64,000 bases of DNA from Macrostomum hystrix (lineage: Eukaryota > Animalia > Platyhelminthes), in assembly GCA_950097015.1 (NCBI GenBank), contig CATNEN010000024.1:5146001-5210000 (forward strand). The letters are read 5' to 3'. Under the pieces are notes generated by a model. It worked only from the letters and a program-made list of their open reading frames with translations, searched no databases and was not told the origin of the DNA. The position numbers and the translations under genes were made by a program. Shown piece after piece: positions 1 to 11,500 of this stretch (the stretch's first letter is position 1; every line of letters starts with the position of its first letter).

Positions 1-1799
1 CGGACCTGGCAGACCAGGCCTGGCTGGGGTCGCAGATAGCGCGGCGCAAATAGCAGAGCAGCAGGTTGGAAGCCCAGCCTAGCCAGGTGATCGGCCAGGT
101 GGTCGTGCATAATACGGCACAGATTGCCAACATAGAGCTGAAGCACTGCGGCGCTCTGCGGACAGGCTCGCCTGGCATAGCGGAGCGGAGTTTGGCCTTC
201 GCAAGTTTCAACTCCAAAGTCGACGCCGCCAAGGCTGCACAATGCGTCGACTAGCTGCGGTCGGCGCTGTTTAATAGCTCTCTGGAGGGCTGAATTGCCA
301 GCCGGACATAGCAGGTTGGGATCGGCTCCGGCTTGTAAGAGGCGATGAACCAGAGCTGGAGAGTCACGCTCCACGGCCAGCATTAGCAGGGTAAGGCCGG
401 TGTCAGACGAGCGACAGTCGATGTCTAAAGTTTCAGGCGACTCTGTTCTAACTGATACCGCAGCTGCTGCATCCAGCAAGAGATCAACTATGCAAGAGTG
501 ACCGCGAGCTACAGCTAGGCACAAGAGGCGTTGCAAATCGGACATTGTCAGCTGGGGCTCGTGCTGACTAACAGTGCGGCTAACTGCTGGCCAATCGCCG
601 CGTTCCACAGCCCGACAAAGTAGCGGCCAGGACAGCGGAGGCGGCCGATTTGGCGGCAGTCGAGCCGACTGGCCGGCAACGTGGGCGCGAAGCAGTTCTG
701 CCTGGTTGGCTACGTAGCGACAGTCGGCATCGTCGGGCGGCAACGCCACGGTGGCAAGAACAGCGGCTGAGGGAGTCGGAGCTGAAGACGCAGCGGAAGC
801 GGTTGCTGATGCCGCCTTCTCTGACCGATCCTCAGAGGTGTCTGTTGCGACGACGACGGTGGAGGCGGCGGCGACCGAGGAAGAGGTCGGCTCTCGCTTT
901 GCGGAGCCAAGCAGATCTGCCAGCAGTGGCGACTGATGCCGCGGCTTTGCTGAAGACGATGCCGAAGACGGTGGCACGGGCTCTGGATTGGCAGGATCAA
1001 CGTTTGCAGAGGCGTTGACGGACTCGACACCGTCAGTAAGAGCCGACGATTGGACGGCTTTGGCATCAATAACTGTCGCATTAGCAACCGCTGAGCTACC
1101 AGGCGCAACAGCTGTGGAGACTGCGTTCGACTTGCCTTCAATTTCTAGCGTGCTGGAAGAGCCGACAGAATTAGCGAAACTGCTGCCACCTTCTGAATTA
1201 TTCGAATTGCCATCCTCGCCCGTGGTGTCACCCGCCGAGGCGTCTTCGCTCTCTCGGCCAGCGCCTACACCGCTGCTGCCTCCGTTGAGTCGTCGCCGGC
1301 TCTTTGGCCGATCATCGTCCAGTCCATCAAGCAGCTTGTTAGTTTTAGCTGCCGCGCCAGCTTTTGAACTTGGCGCCTGGCTTTGATCCCATTTTTTAGG
1401 CGCTGGTCTTTTTCTACTGCCGCTACTGTTGCCGCTGCTGCCACTGATGTTACCAGTAGATGCTCGATTGCCACTGCCTCCAAGTTTGTTGGCTCTAGCC
1501 GATCGAAAGGCTTCGATCATGTCAGCAACTACCGCTAAGTTGTGCTCAGGTTCCCAGGTGTCATTTGATGGCGGATAATTTTTCCAGCGCACTTTGAAAT
1601 ACGACATTCCATTCTCAGTTTTTTCAGCTAGTATTTTGCCAACTACGTACAGAGCATCAGCATCTCCATTAGGTGGCGAAGGTGTACTTTTTGAGCTAAT
1701 TCCGGTGCCTCCACCGCCAGCTTTAACCACAGACGCTGCAACGGCCACTGCGGAAGCTGCGGTACCACAACTTGTCCGCCTACTGGCTGCAGTTTCCAT
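1..1799 (-). CDS. MPHOSPH8: Chromodomain + ankyrin-repeat protein, M-phase phosphoprotein 8 (MPP8)-like; 3'-partial (runs off window start), no intron in the visible about 599 codons
   Basis: Hand translation from ATG at 1799 is open to base 1. N-terminal chromodomain LYVVGKILAEKTENGMSYFKVRWKNYPPSNDTWEPEHNL (about 1649-1530), then a long Ser/Ala/Gly low-complexity linker, then ankyrin repeats (LCRAVERGDW, LCLAVARGHSCIVDLLL, TGLTLLMLAVERDSPALVHRLLQAGADPN, GNSALQRAIKQRRPQLVDAL, GQTPLRYARR; about 620-160). Chromo-N plus ankyrin-C is the MPP8 architecture; orthology is inferred, not tested. Confidence 0.85.
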   Translation of the reverse strand, partial: METAASRRTSCGTAASAVAVAASVVKAGGGGTGISSKSTPSPPNGDADALYVVGKILAEKTENGMSYFKVRWKNYPPSNDTWEPEHNLAVVADMIEAFRSARANKLGGSGNRASTGNISGSSGNSSGSRKRPAPKKWDQSQAPSSKAGAAAKTNKLLDGLDDDRPKSRRRLNGGSSGVGAGRESEDASAGDTTGEDGNSNNSEGGSSFANSVGSSSTLEIEGKSNAVSTAVAPGSSAVANATVIDAKAVQSSALTDGVESVNASANVDPANPEPVPPSSASSSAKPRHQSPLLADLLGSAKREPTSSSVAAASTVVVATDTSEDRSEKAASATASAASSAPTPSAAVLATVALPPDDADCRYVANQAELLRAHVAGQSARLPPNRPPPLSWPLLCRAVERGDWPAVSRTVSQHEPQLTMSDLQRLLCLAVARGHSCIVDLLLDAAAAVSVRTESPETLDIDCRSSDTGLTLLMLAVERDSPALVHRLLQAGADPNLLCPAGNSALQRAIKQRRPQLVDALCSLGGVDFGVETCEGQTPLRYARRACPQSAAVLQLYVGNLCRIMHDHLADHLARLGFQPAALLFAPRYLRPQPGLVCQV

Positions 1800-3144
1800 G
1801 ATTATTCTAAAACAATTAAAAGCACAGAATTATGCGTGATATTATCCACGGTCCATACACATCTGAACAATCGGCTGTTGTCTAGTTCAGCTGCACCAAC
1901 AGTTTGAGCTGGGCAATGCTGCGAAAACCGATTTAATAATATTTAGTACAATGGCTTTTACTCAGATCTTGGAGTGCAGATGCACAACATCCAATGCTCT
2001 GAACTTCAATTTGTACCCAATGATGACAAACGTTGATACTGAAAGTAGCAATTGTGATATATAAAATATTATATTAACTTCTTCAGCAAAGTAAAAACGA
2101 AGTTACTATAATATTATTATAATATACTAGAAACAGTAAAACTTAAATGTCTTTATAACTTAGATAAGGAAAAAACTATTGTTTCTACTTTAACTACTTG
2201 TAATTATTGCTCAACTTCATTTTAGTTGATACAAGGGATTATAAAAACATATTTCTAAAGAAACAACTTAAAAATCAACAAAAGCCACTTTCTGCATTGC
2301 TTCACCAAGATGCTTGTCATGACTACCATCTGTCATGAAAGATAAAGAAAATTTTTAACATCCTCTTTGCAACAAATACTCACTAGCAATCTGCTCAAGT
2401 ACAGAAATACTTCATATAGTACAGTACAACTTCTGTACAACTACAATCAAGAGTGCAACTAGCAGTAACTTCTGATTATGAAGTATTATTATTACAAGGT
2501 GCACTTCTTTGATTTCAGCCATTTCTAGCCTATAAATCTGGCAATGTAAAAGAAATTTAACTACTTACAAAAATAAATTAGGCCTACTGTTTATTCATAT
2601 ATGTATTGTCATTTTATTAACAATTTCAACATTATTTTCAGAAAACCAGAGCTCTGTTGCAGCAAAATATAAGGTAATACCACAAGAAGAGAAGGATAGG
2701 ACCTTGCAAGGATATTGCAAAAGCAGGTATAGGACCAACCAAAGTCCCTCAGTATAATCAGCAAGGAGGTGAATTGTATTTGTTTAAGAAAATCTATAGT
2801 TATTCAGGAAACAGGAAAATATTTTTGTGAAAACTAGCCTAACTTATCTTGAAATAGACATGCTTGTTCAAGGTACTATTGTGATATCTGCATTCCAGTT
2901 TTTTCCAGTAAAAATTTTATTACATTCTCCCAACCACATATTTCCTTTTCTATCAAACCACTGCACAAGAAATGCCTGCAAGTTACTTAGTTGCACTGTA
3001 GGCAGCATTCTTCTGTGTTTTCTGCAATCAGTGAAGCAGCCCAGCAGCAAACAATCAGACTGATACCAGCAGAAGTTATATGGACAGTCATAGTAACTAG
3101 CCTTCAATTTAATATTAACTGGGACAGAATTTGGTTATCACTGT

Positions 3145-4178
3145 GGGTGCTAGTCACTTCGTCATCTTACCATATTGTCATATTGGATGACGAACTGACC
3201 AATTTAAATGGGTGCGCAGTTGACAGATGACGAAGTGAATGGTTAATCAATTTGCAGATGACGAAGTGACTTAGATTATACTGATCTGAGAATTGTGCAT
3301 GTAATGAGTATAGTTTGTTCCTGTAAGTGTTTGTGTAAGCGCATATAATGTAAGTTTTTCAGTGCCACTTGCAAGGGGAGATGTACATATTTATGATGTA
3401 CATACTTTGCAAAGTTTGTGTATCTGCGTACTTAATATTTAGGCACACTATTTAGTGTGTACATTGCCAATGTGCATCTATGCTTAAGTCTCCGCTGTCA
3501 TTCTAATTTATAGACAACAATTGTCACTGGTGTTCAGCTACCTCCGTTACTAGAGCTGGCTGAGTACATCAATAGCACTTGGCTTAACAACCTAGTCCAC
3601 TGGCTCGCGGAGATCAGTGTGCATGGCCAGACCATTAGAACCAATAATGAAGTAGAAGGGTGGCATTGACATCTGAAGCATCAAGCAGAGTGAGTGCAGT
3701 TGACGCTGTACCTACTGCTGCATCTGCTCCACACCGAGGCACTTCTGGTTCCCATTCACGTGGCACTGGTTCACCAAGGGATCAATAAGCGCCAGCACAG
3801 GTACATGTGCATATATACTGTACATGAACTGGGTCACTGCATATATGCACTGCTGTCTATTACATGTACAGTATAGTAGGGCCTACACAGCCCAATCATT
3901 TTCTACACAGATTGCGCTACCAGCGACTGCTTACACGCTGAGCTACAATCTGACAATGCACAATTACGTACAGTTTTAAAATGTTTTACTTTACTTTTTA
4001 GTCTCATTATTTTACTTTTATTTTACTATTTTACGGCTCTATAGGTCCGATTGGCAGATGACAAAGTGACTAATGTTTGGAAGTGCCTTTATTAGTATAT
4101 GATGACCTGACCAAGGGCCATCATATTTTGACGAAACGTCATTTGACGAAAAAGTGTATGACGAAGTGACTAGGATCC
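3145..4178 (+). mobile_element. Non-autonomous Mutator-like (MULE) DNA transposon with a decayed transposase fragment
   Basis: Terminal inverted repeats GGGTGCTAGTCACTTCGTCAT (3145) and ATGACGAAGTGACTAGGATCC (to 4178). Identical 8-bp direct flanks ATCACTGT at 3137-3144 and 4179-4186. Subterminal GATGACGAAGTGA repeats. Internal stop-interrupted translation AEYINSTWL...SVHGQTIRTNNEVEGWH*HLKH...LYLLLHLL (about 3560-3750) resembles the RTNNxxEGWH motif of MULE transposases. Confidence 0.85.
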
Positions 4179-5541
4179 ATCACTGTTATTTCGAGAAAAC
4201 AACAGTTTCATTTCAACATTATTTTTCGCTTTTATGACAATTATTATGATCTGATAAAAGTAGCATAAAGGTTGAATAGATTGAACGCATAAAATCCTAG
4301 TTTTTGCTCATGATATTCTAAATACATAGCTAGACCTTAAGTGTGATGTAATATAAATAACATACATTAAAATAGTCGCATTTTTCCTGTTTTGATCGTT
4401 CAATTCTTTTTATTTATAAAAAATGAAATCATTGGGTTTGTTTAATGTTATTTTAGGCTTTCAAAATTAAAAGACTTTAGTATAATTGAAATTATAATTT
4501 CAAAAATTGCAACTCTAAGCGCACAATTTTAAATAAATGAAATAGCGCGCATGTATGAATGTTTAGTATGTTACAGTTACAATATTCTTTTTCAGTGATT
4601 TTTCAAACACAGCAGATAAAAACTATTAAAACACATTATAATATATTTTTCAATTATTTTTTTGTTAAAAAGTAATAATTACTTTTCACATTACCTGTCG
4701 AGTTAGATTTTAGATTATTTATGCGTACTTTTGTTTTACCTGTTATCAAATCAAATCTAAAAATCTGAGAAATGAAATAGTCAGCAGAAAATGAAGAAAT
4801 GTTTGGGAGGTCTGCGAAAGACAGCAACACAAACAAAAAGGGTGGTAAAAATTATAAGTGGCAGTTATTAAGGCGTTTAGTTAAGTTACAACATTTAGCA
4901 TACACCAGTATACCCAAAAAAGCAGGGAAATACTCCTTCATGGTTGTTCACTTAATCGTGAGATTTTTCTAATAAGCTGGATAATTGGCTTGTCTTGAAC
5001 ACTATGAAAAATGTACGAAAGAGGTGCGGGGTTTATAAATCGAAACATAAGGCTGAGAGAATTCATTTGTTAAACACAAACATCCCTATCTTTTCATAGC
5101 TATATTGTGACGCGCATCGTTCAAGTTGAAGTGAATTGTCTTTGTCACAATAGCCACAAATTGCATGTAGTTAGTGAAATTCATTTGTTTGTTTAGTACA
5201 TGTGGCATACAGGACTTGATTCTTTAGAAGTTTGATGGAAGTGGGGAACAGTTGAAAATTATTGCAATGCAGCTAATTAAAAAGGGAAATTTTAAGCGTG
5301 AATTCCTCGAATTTACGCTTCGTCTCCCATTTAAAGGCAGGTAAATTCGATAAAGGTTTAGCCAGCTATGAAGAAGCCAGTACTCAAGTACTACTTACAC
5401 ATGTTGTCTTTCACGATTGGTTGAGCATGCTGATGAAGCTCGGTAGGAAGCAAGTCTGTTAACTAATAGCTGCTAGTTGAAAACTAAATATATAGGAGCT
5501 GCCAGTCGGGCTATAACAGCTATCAGCTGCATCGCCCTAAA

Positions 5542-8500
5542 ATGAATCTTCAACCGCTGAGGCTATTGTTGCCGCTTGTCTATGCGCTGTGCTTTTCAGT
5601 TCCAGGCTCCGCGACTAACACAATTGAAGATTCTCTAGGCTTCCGATGGAGCTACTATGCATGTACGCTTATTTTGTTATGATTTGTTTATCAAGCTATT
5701 AATTGTTGCCAAGCCTGCTATGTTGTACTAACGCTTTGTTTCCAGAAGTCGACCCGCTGACCTCTTAGCGCACAAACGCACACATGCATAGATTGGGATA
5801 AAAAAGGCTGGACTAGCACGACTGGCAGGACATATGTCAATTCCCCACTTCTATCGAACATGTAGATATTTTAGATTTTAGCTGCCCTTAGCAAGGCTGT
5901 GTGTACAACTAATCAGTCCATGGACAAGCAGAACGCACCCAAATTTCTGTTCATCTTGAGCAAACTGAACCAGCGTCTTGGTTGACATAATTAGCATCAA
6001 TTTGGCTGAGATTTGAACTCCAGACCTCTATAGCTTAGTTTTTGCACGTAAAATAAAAATTCGACCCATACTTTCGTTTGGCAGGGGATTTCGAGTCAGA
6101 CAAAAAGTTTAACTCGAACGCCGGATCTCTGCCACTCGATGAAGATGAAGCAGCGAATCAGAGTGAGTTAGTTTAATTAGGTTTGAGGCTTAGCCGATGA
6201 TGAATCAAATGCTTTTTCATGAAATACACCAATAATTATTAGACATTCCTGTCAATGGTCAGGCCTGCTTTGGAGTTACAAATGTCAAGAAACTATCAAG
6301 GTACAAACAAGCTTAATTGTAGTGCCAGCGGTCAGGTTCTGGTGTCAGGTTCTGGTGTCAGGTTCTGGTGTCAGTTTCTGGTGTCAGGTTCTGGTGTCAG
6401 GTTCTGGTGTCAGGTTCTGGTGTCAGGTTCTGGTGTCAGGTTCTGGTGTCTGGTTCTAATATCACGTTCTGGTGTCTGGTTCTGGTGTCAGGTTCTTTGA
6501 CATCCGGTTCTGGTGTCAGGTTCTTTGACATCCGGGTCAGGTTCTTTGACATCCGGGTCAGGTTCTTTGACATCCGGTTCTGGTGTCAGCTTCTTTGACA
6601 TCCGGGTCAGGTTCTTTGACATCCGGGTCAGGTTCTTTGACATCCGGGTCAGGTTCTTTGACATCCGGTTCTGGTGTCAGGTTCTGGTGTCAGGTTCTGG
6701 TGTCAGGTTCTGGTGTTAGGTTCTGGTGTCAGGTTCTGGTGTCAGGTTCTGATGCAGGTTCTGGTGTCAGGTTCTGATGCAGGTTCTGGTGTCAGGTTCT
6801 GTTGTAAGTTTCTGGTGTCAGGTTCTGGTGTAAGTTTCTGGTGTCAGGTTCTGATGAAGGTTCTGGTGTCAGGTTCTGGTGTAAGTTTCTGGTGTCAGGT
6901 TCTGATGCAGGTTTTGGTGTCAGGTTCTGGTGTCAGGTTCTGATGTCAGGTTCTGATGTCAGGTTCTGGTGTCAGGTTCGTATGTCAGGTTCGTATGTCA
7001 GGTTCTGGTGTCAGGTTCTCTGACATCAGGTTCTGGCTGCTTTAATTTTGATTCATAAACCTTTGGCGCGCGCAGTCTGCTCAACTCTGGCAGCTCTGCC
7101 AGCCAACGGTGGCGACGTTGGAGTCATGGCTCTGTCGGCTGCGGTACCCGCTAATGCCACTGGCTCTACTTCAGCCAAAGACACCCCGCTGCACCCTGCC
7201 CTCATTCGGATCTGCCGTCTGGCCAACCTAGTTTGCCTGCGCCCCGGCGAGACTGACATTGGCGGCCAGGGCTCGGCAAATGGTGGCGCCGACTCTCTGC
7301 TTGAGCTGCGGCCGGGCATTCGTCTGCAGGGAACCGCAATTCAACAATTCATCGACTGGGCCGGCTGGGGCAAAGTTGGCGTACTGTGCGCAGCTGAGTC
7401 AGGTGAGCTATAGAGATTCGAACCAATGACCTCTGAGTCGATCGTGGGTGAATTGAGTTTACGGGACTCTCACAGGTGTCAGTTTGACAGTCGCACAGGT
7501 GTGAGTTTGACAGTCGCACAGGTGTGAGTTTGACAGTCGCAAAGGTGTGAGTTTGACAGTCGCACAGGTGTGAGTTTGACAGTCGCACAGGTGTGAGTTT
7601 GACAGTCGCACAGGTGTGAGTTTGACAGTCGCACAGGTGTGAGTTTGACAGTCGCACAGGTGTGAGTTTGACATTCGCCAGGTGCAACATGCAGAGTAAC
7701 CCAGTCGTCCTGTCCGCCTATTCTGAAAATCGCAGGCCTTCTGAAGTACAGGGAGGCCCAGCTTCGTTCCAGCTCGCATCTTCTGTTCCGCCGCGTGTCT
7801 CCGGCCCGGCAGTGGGAGACTTTCCAACAGTTGGAGAGCTTGCGCGAGTCCGGTGTGCGCCAGTTTGTGCTGGAACTGCCCACTGACCAGCTGCCCCGAC
7901 TATTGCAGATGGTGAGTTGGCTGATTTGCAAGTCTAATTTGCTTCTAGTGGGATTTAAAGCATTTAGGAGCTTTTGCCAGCTTCTTTTTAATCAATCACA
8001 AATACAGATCAAAGCTATCGGACAATTAAGAACATATTGGGCGTATAACGAAGGTTAATAGTACAGAATAGAGATATAACCCTAAATTATAACTGTCTTG
8101 CTCAAGGACACAAATCGCTTCCCTTTTGGCTGAGACTCGAACTTACGACCTATCGGTTAAGTCTAAAACTCTTAACACTGCTAGGTTGCAAGTTCCGTTG
8201 TAGCCTTCTAACAATAGTGCAATTACCTTAGAAGAATGTTTTAGTCCTGCATTTCAGGCATCTGCTGCGAATGTGTCAAATAAGGCATACAGCTATCTGC
8301 TTATTATGGACTGGGTAAGATAAATTTGCACTTTAACAGTTATTGTGATACCAGATGAACTGGAATGAGGGCGGGAGGGTGAGGATTAGATAGTGGAAGT
8401 AGGAGGAGAGGGTGAGGATTGGATAGTGGAAGTAGGAGGAGAGGGTGAGGATTGGATAGTGGAAGTAGGAGGAGAGGGTGAGGATTGGATAGTGGAAGTA

Positions 8501-11500
8501 GGAGGAGAGGGTGAGGATTGGATAGTGGAAGTAGGAGGAGAGGGTGAGGATTGGATAGTGGAAGTAGGAGGAGAGGGTGAGGATTGGATAGTGGAAGTAG
8601 GAGGAGAGGGTGAGGATTGGATAGTGGAAGTAGGAGGAGAGGGTGAGGATTGGATAGTGGAAGTAGGAGGAGAGGGTGAGGATTGGATAGTGGAAGTAGG
8701 AGGAGAGGGTGAGGATTGGATAGTGGAAGTAGGAGGAGAGGGTGAGGATTGGATAGTGGAAGTAGGAGGAGAGGGTGAGGATTGGATAGTGGAAGTAGGA
8801 GGAGAGGGTGAGGATTGGATAGTGGAAGTAGGAGGAGAGGGTGAGGATTGGATAGTGGAAGTAGGAGGAGAGGGTGAGGATTGGATAGTGGAAGGAGGAG
8901 GAGAGGGATATTATAATTACTTTGTTATTATTGTTAGCACCGGGTTCCCGTAAACTCGACATCGCACAGATTGATCCGGCCGTCTATCTGGAGAAGCTGT
9001 CGGCCTTTGTCTACGGCGGTGCCAACATGACGGTGATGCAGCTGAACACCTTCAGAAGCGGCTCCCAGAAAGATAGGATTGAGGTGAGACATAAGCGTGT
9101 GACTTTCAGGTCCACATCTTCCTGTTGCTGCGGAGATTTTGTTGAGTTCTGAGTCGATGGCAAATTGAGACAGCTGCAGAACGAAACATTCAGGTGACGA
9201 GGATAGATATGTTTCCACCTGTCTATAAGGATTAGGCGTCATAAATTATTCACTTGTTGTCCGTGACGAAAATTCAAGAGAAACTCATCTCTTTTTTGTC
9301 TTTGTCAGTAGCCCTTTCCAGTTCCTAGTTGCTAATTGCACCGGAAAAATTGATGGATGGATGACCACCTAGTTGCTAAGCTGGATGGATGGATAGATGG
9401 ATGGATAGATGGATGGATTGATGGATGGATTGATGGATGGATTGATGGACAGATGGATGGATGGATGGATGGATGGATGGATGGTTGGATGGATGGATGG
9501 ATGGATCGATGGACAGATGGATGGATGGATGGATGGTTGGATGGATGGATGGATGGATGGATGGATGGATGGATGGTTGGATGGATGGATGGATGGATGG
9601 ATGGATCGATGGACAGATGGATGGATGGATGGATGGATGGATGGATGGATGGATGGATGGATGGTTGGATGGATGGATGGATGGATCGATGGACAGATGG
9701 ATGGATGGATGGATGGATGGATGGATGGTTGGATGGATGGATGGATGGATCGATGGACAGATGGATGGATGGATGGATGGTTGGATGGATGGATGGATGG
9801 ATGGATGGATGGATGGATGGTTGGATGGATGGATGGATGGATGGATCGATGGACAGATGGATGGATGGATGGATGGATGGATGGATGGATGGATGGATGG
9901 TTGGATGGATGGATGGATGGATGGATGGTTGGATGGATGGATGGATGGATCGATAGACAGATGGATGGATGGATGGATGGTTGGATGGATGGATGGATGG
10001 ATGGATCGATGGACAGATGGATGGATGGATGGATGGATGGATGGATGGATGGTTGGATGGATGGTTGGATGGATGGATGGATGGATTGATGGTTGGATGG
10101 ATGGATGGATGGATGGTTGGATGGATGGATGGATGGATGGTTGGATGGATGGATGGTTGGATGGATGGATGGATGGATGGATGGTTGGATGGATGGATGG
10201 ATGGATGACCACCTAGTTGCTAATCTGGATGGATAGATAGATGGATGGATTGATGGATGGATGGATGGATGGATGGATGGATGGATGGATGGATCGATGG
10301 ACAGATGGATGGATGGATGGATGGATGGATGGATGGATGGTTGGATGGATGGATGGATGGATCGATGGATGGTTGGATGGATGGATGGATGACCACCTAG
10401 TTGCTAATCTGGATGGATGGATAGATGGATGGATTGATGGATGGATTGATGAATGGATGGATGGATGGATGGTTGGATGGATGGATGGATGGATGGTTGG
10501 ATGGATGGATGGATGGTTGGATGGATGGATGCATGGATGGATGGATGGACGGATGGTTGGATGGATGCATGGATGGATGGATGGTTGGATGGATGGATGG
10601 ATGGATGGTTGGATGGATAGATGGTTGGATGGATGGATGGATGGATGGATGGATGGATGGATGGATGGTTGGATGGATGGATTGATGGATGGATTGATGA
10701 ATGGATGGATGGATGGATGGATGGATCGATGGACAGATGGATGGATGGATGGATGGATGGATGGATGGATGGTTCGATGGATGGATGAATGAATCGATGG
10801 ATGGATGGATGGATGGATGGATGACCACCTAGTTGCTAATCTGGATGGATGGATAGATGGATGGATTGATGGATGGATTGATGAATGGATGGATGGATGG
10901 ATGGATGGATGGATGGATGGATGGATGGATGGATGGATGGTTGGATGGATGGTTGGATGGATGGATGGATGGATGGTTGGATGGATGGATCGAAGGACAG
11001 ATGGATGGATGGATGGATGGATGGATGGATGGATGGATGGATCGATGGACAGATGAATGGATGGATGGATGGATGGATGGATGGATGGTTGGATGGATGG
11101 ATGGATGGATGGTTGGATGGTTGGATGGATGGTTGGATGGATGGATGGTTGGATGGATGGATGGATGGATAGATGGATGGATGGATGGACAGATGGATAG
11201 ATGGATGGATGGATGGATGGATGGATGACCACCTAGTTGCTAATCTGGATGGATGGATAGATGGATGGATTGATGGATGGATTGATGAATGGATGGATGG
11301 ATGGATGGATGGTTGGATGGATGGATGGATGGATGGATGGTTGGTTGGATGGATGGATAGATGGATGGATGGACAGATTTTGTGGATGGATGGATGGATG
11401 GATGGATGGATGGATGGATGACCACCTAGTTGCTAATCTGGATGGATGGATAGATGGATGGATTGATGGATGGATTGATGAATGGATGGATGGATGGATG

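Noticed and set aside
66-1839. Plus-strand ORFs and short alternative-frame minus-strand ORFs over 66-1839
   Set aside because: Shadows of the GC-rich MPP8-like coding frame.
5098-5208. Two adjacent imperfect hairpins (TATTGTGAC/GTCACAATA; GCCACA..CATGTA/TACATGTGGC) upstream of the iGluR
   Set aside because: The stems are too short and interrupted for a pre-miRNA call; expected by chance in AT-rich DNA.
9109-9196. Apparent AG...GT-bounded segment after iGluR exon 5
   Set aside because: Stops occur in all three frames, and the gene model is in phase and of normal length without it.
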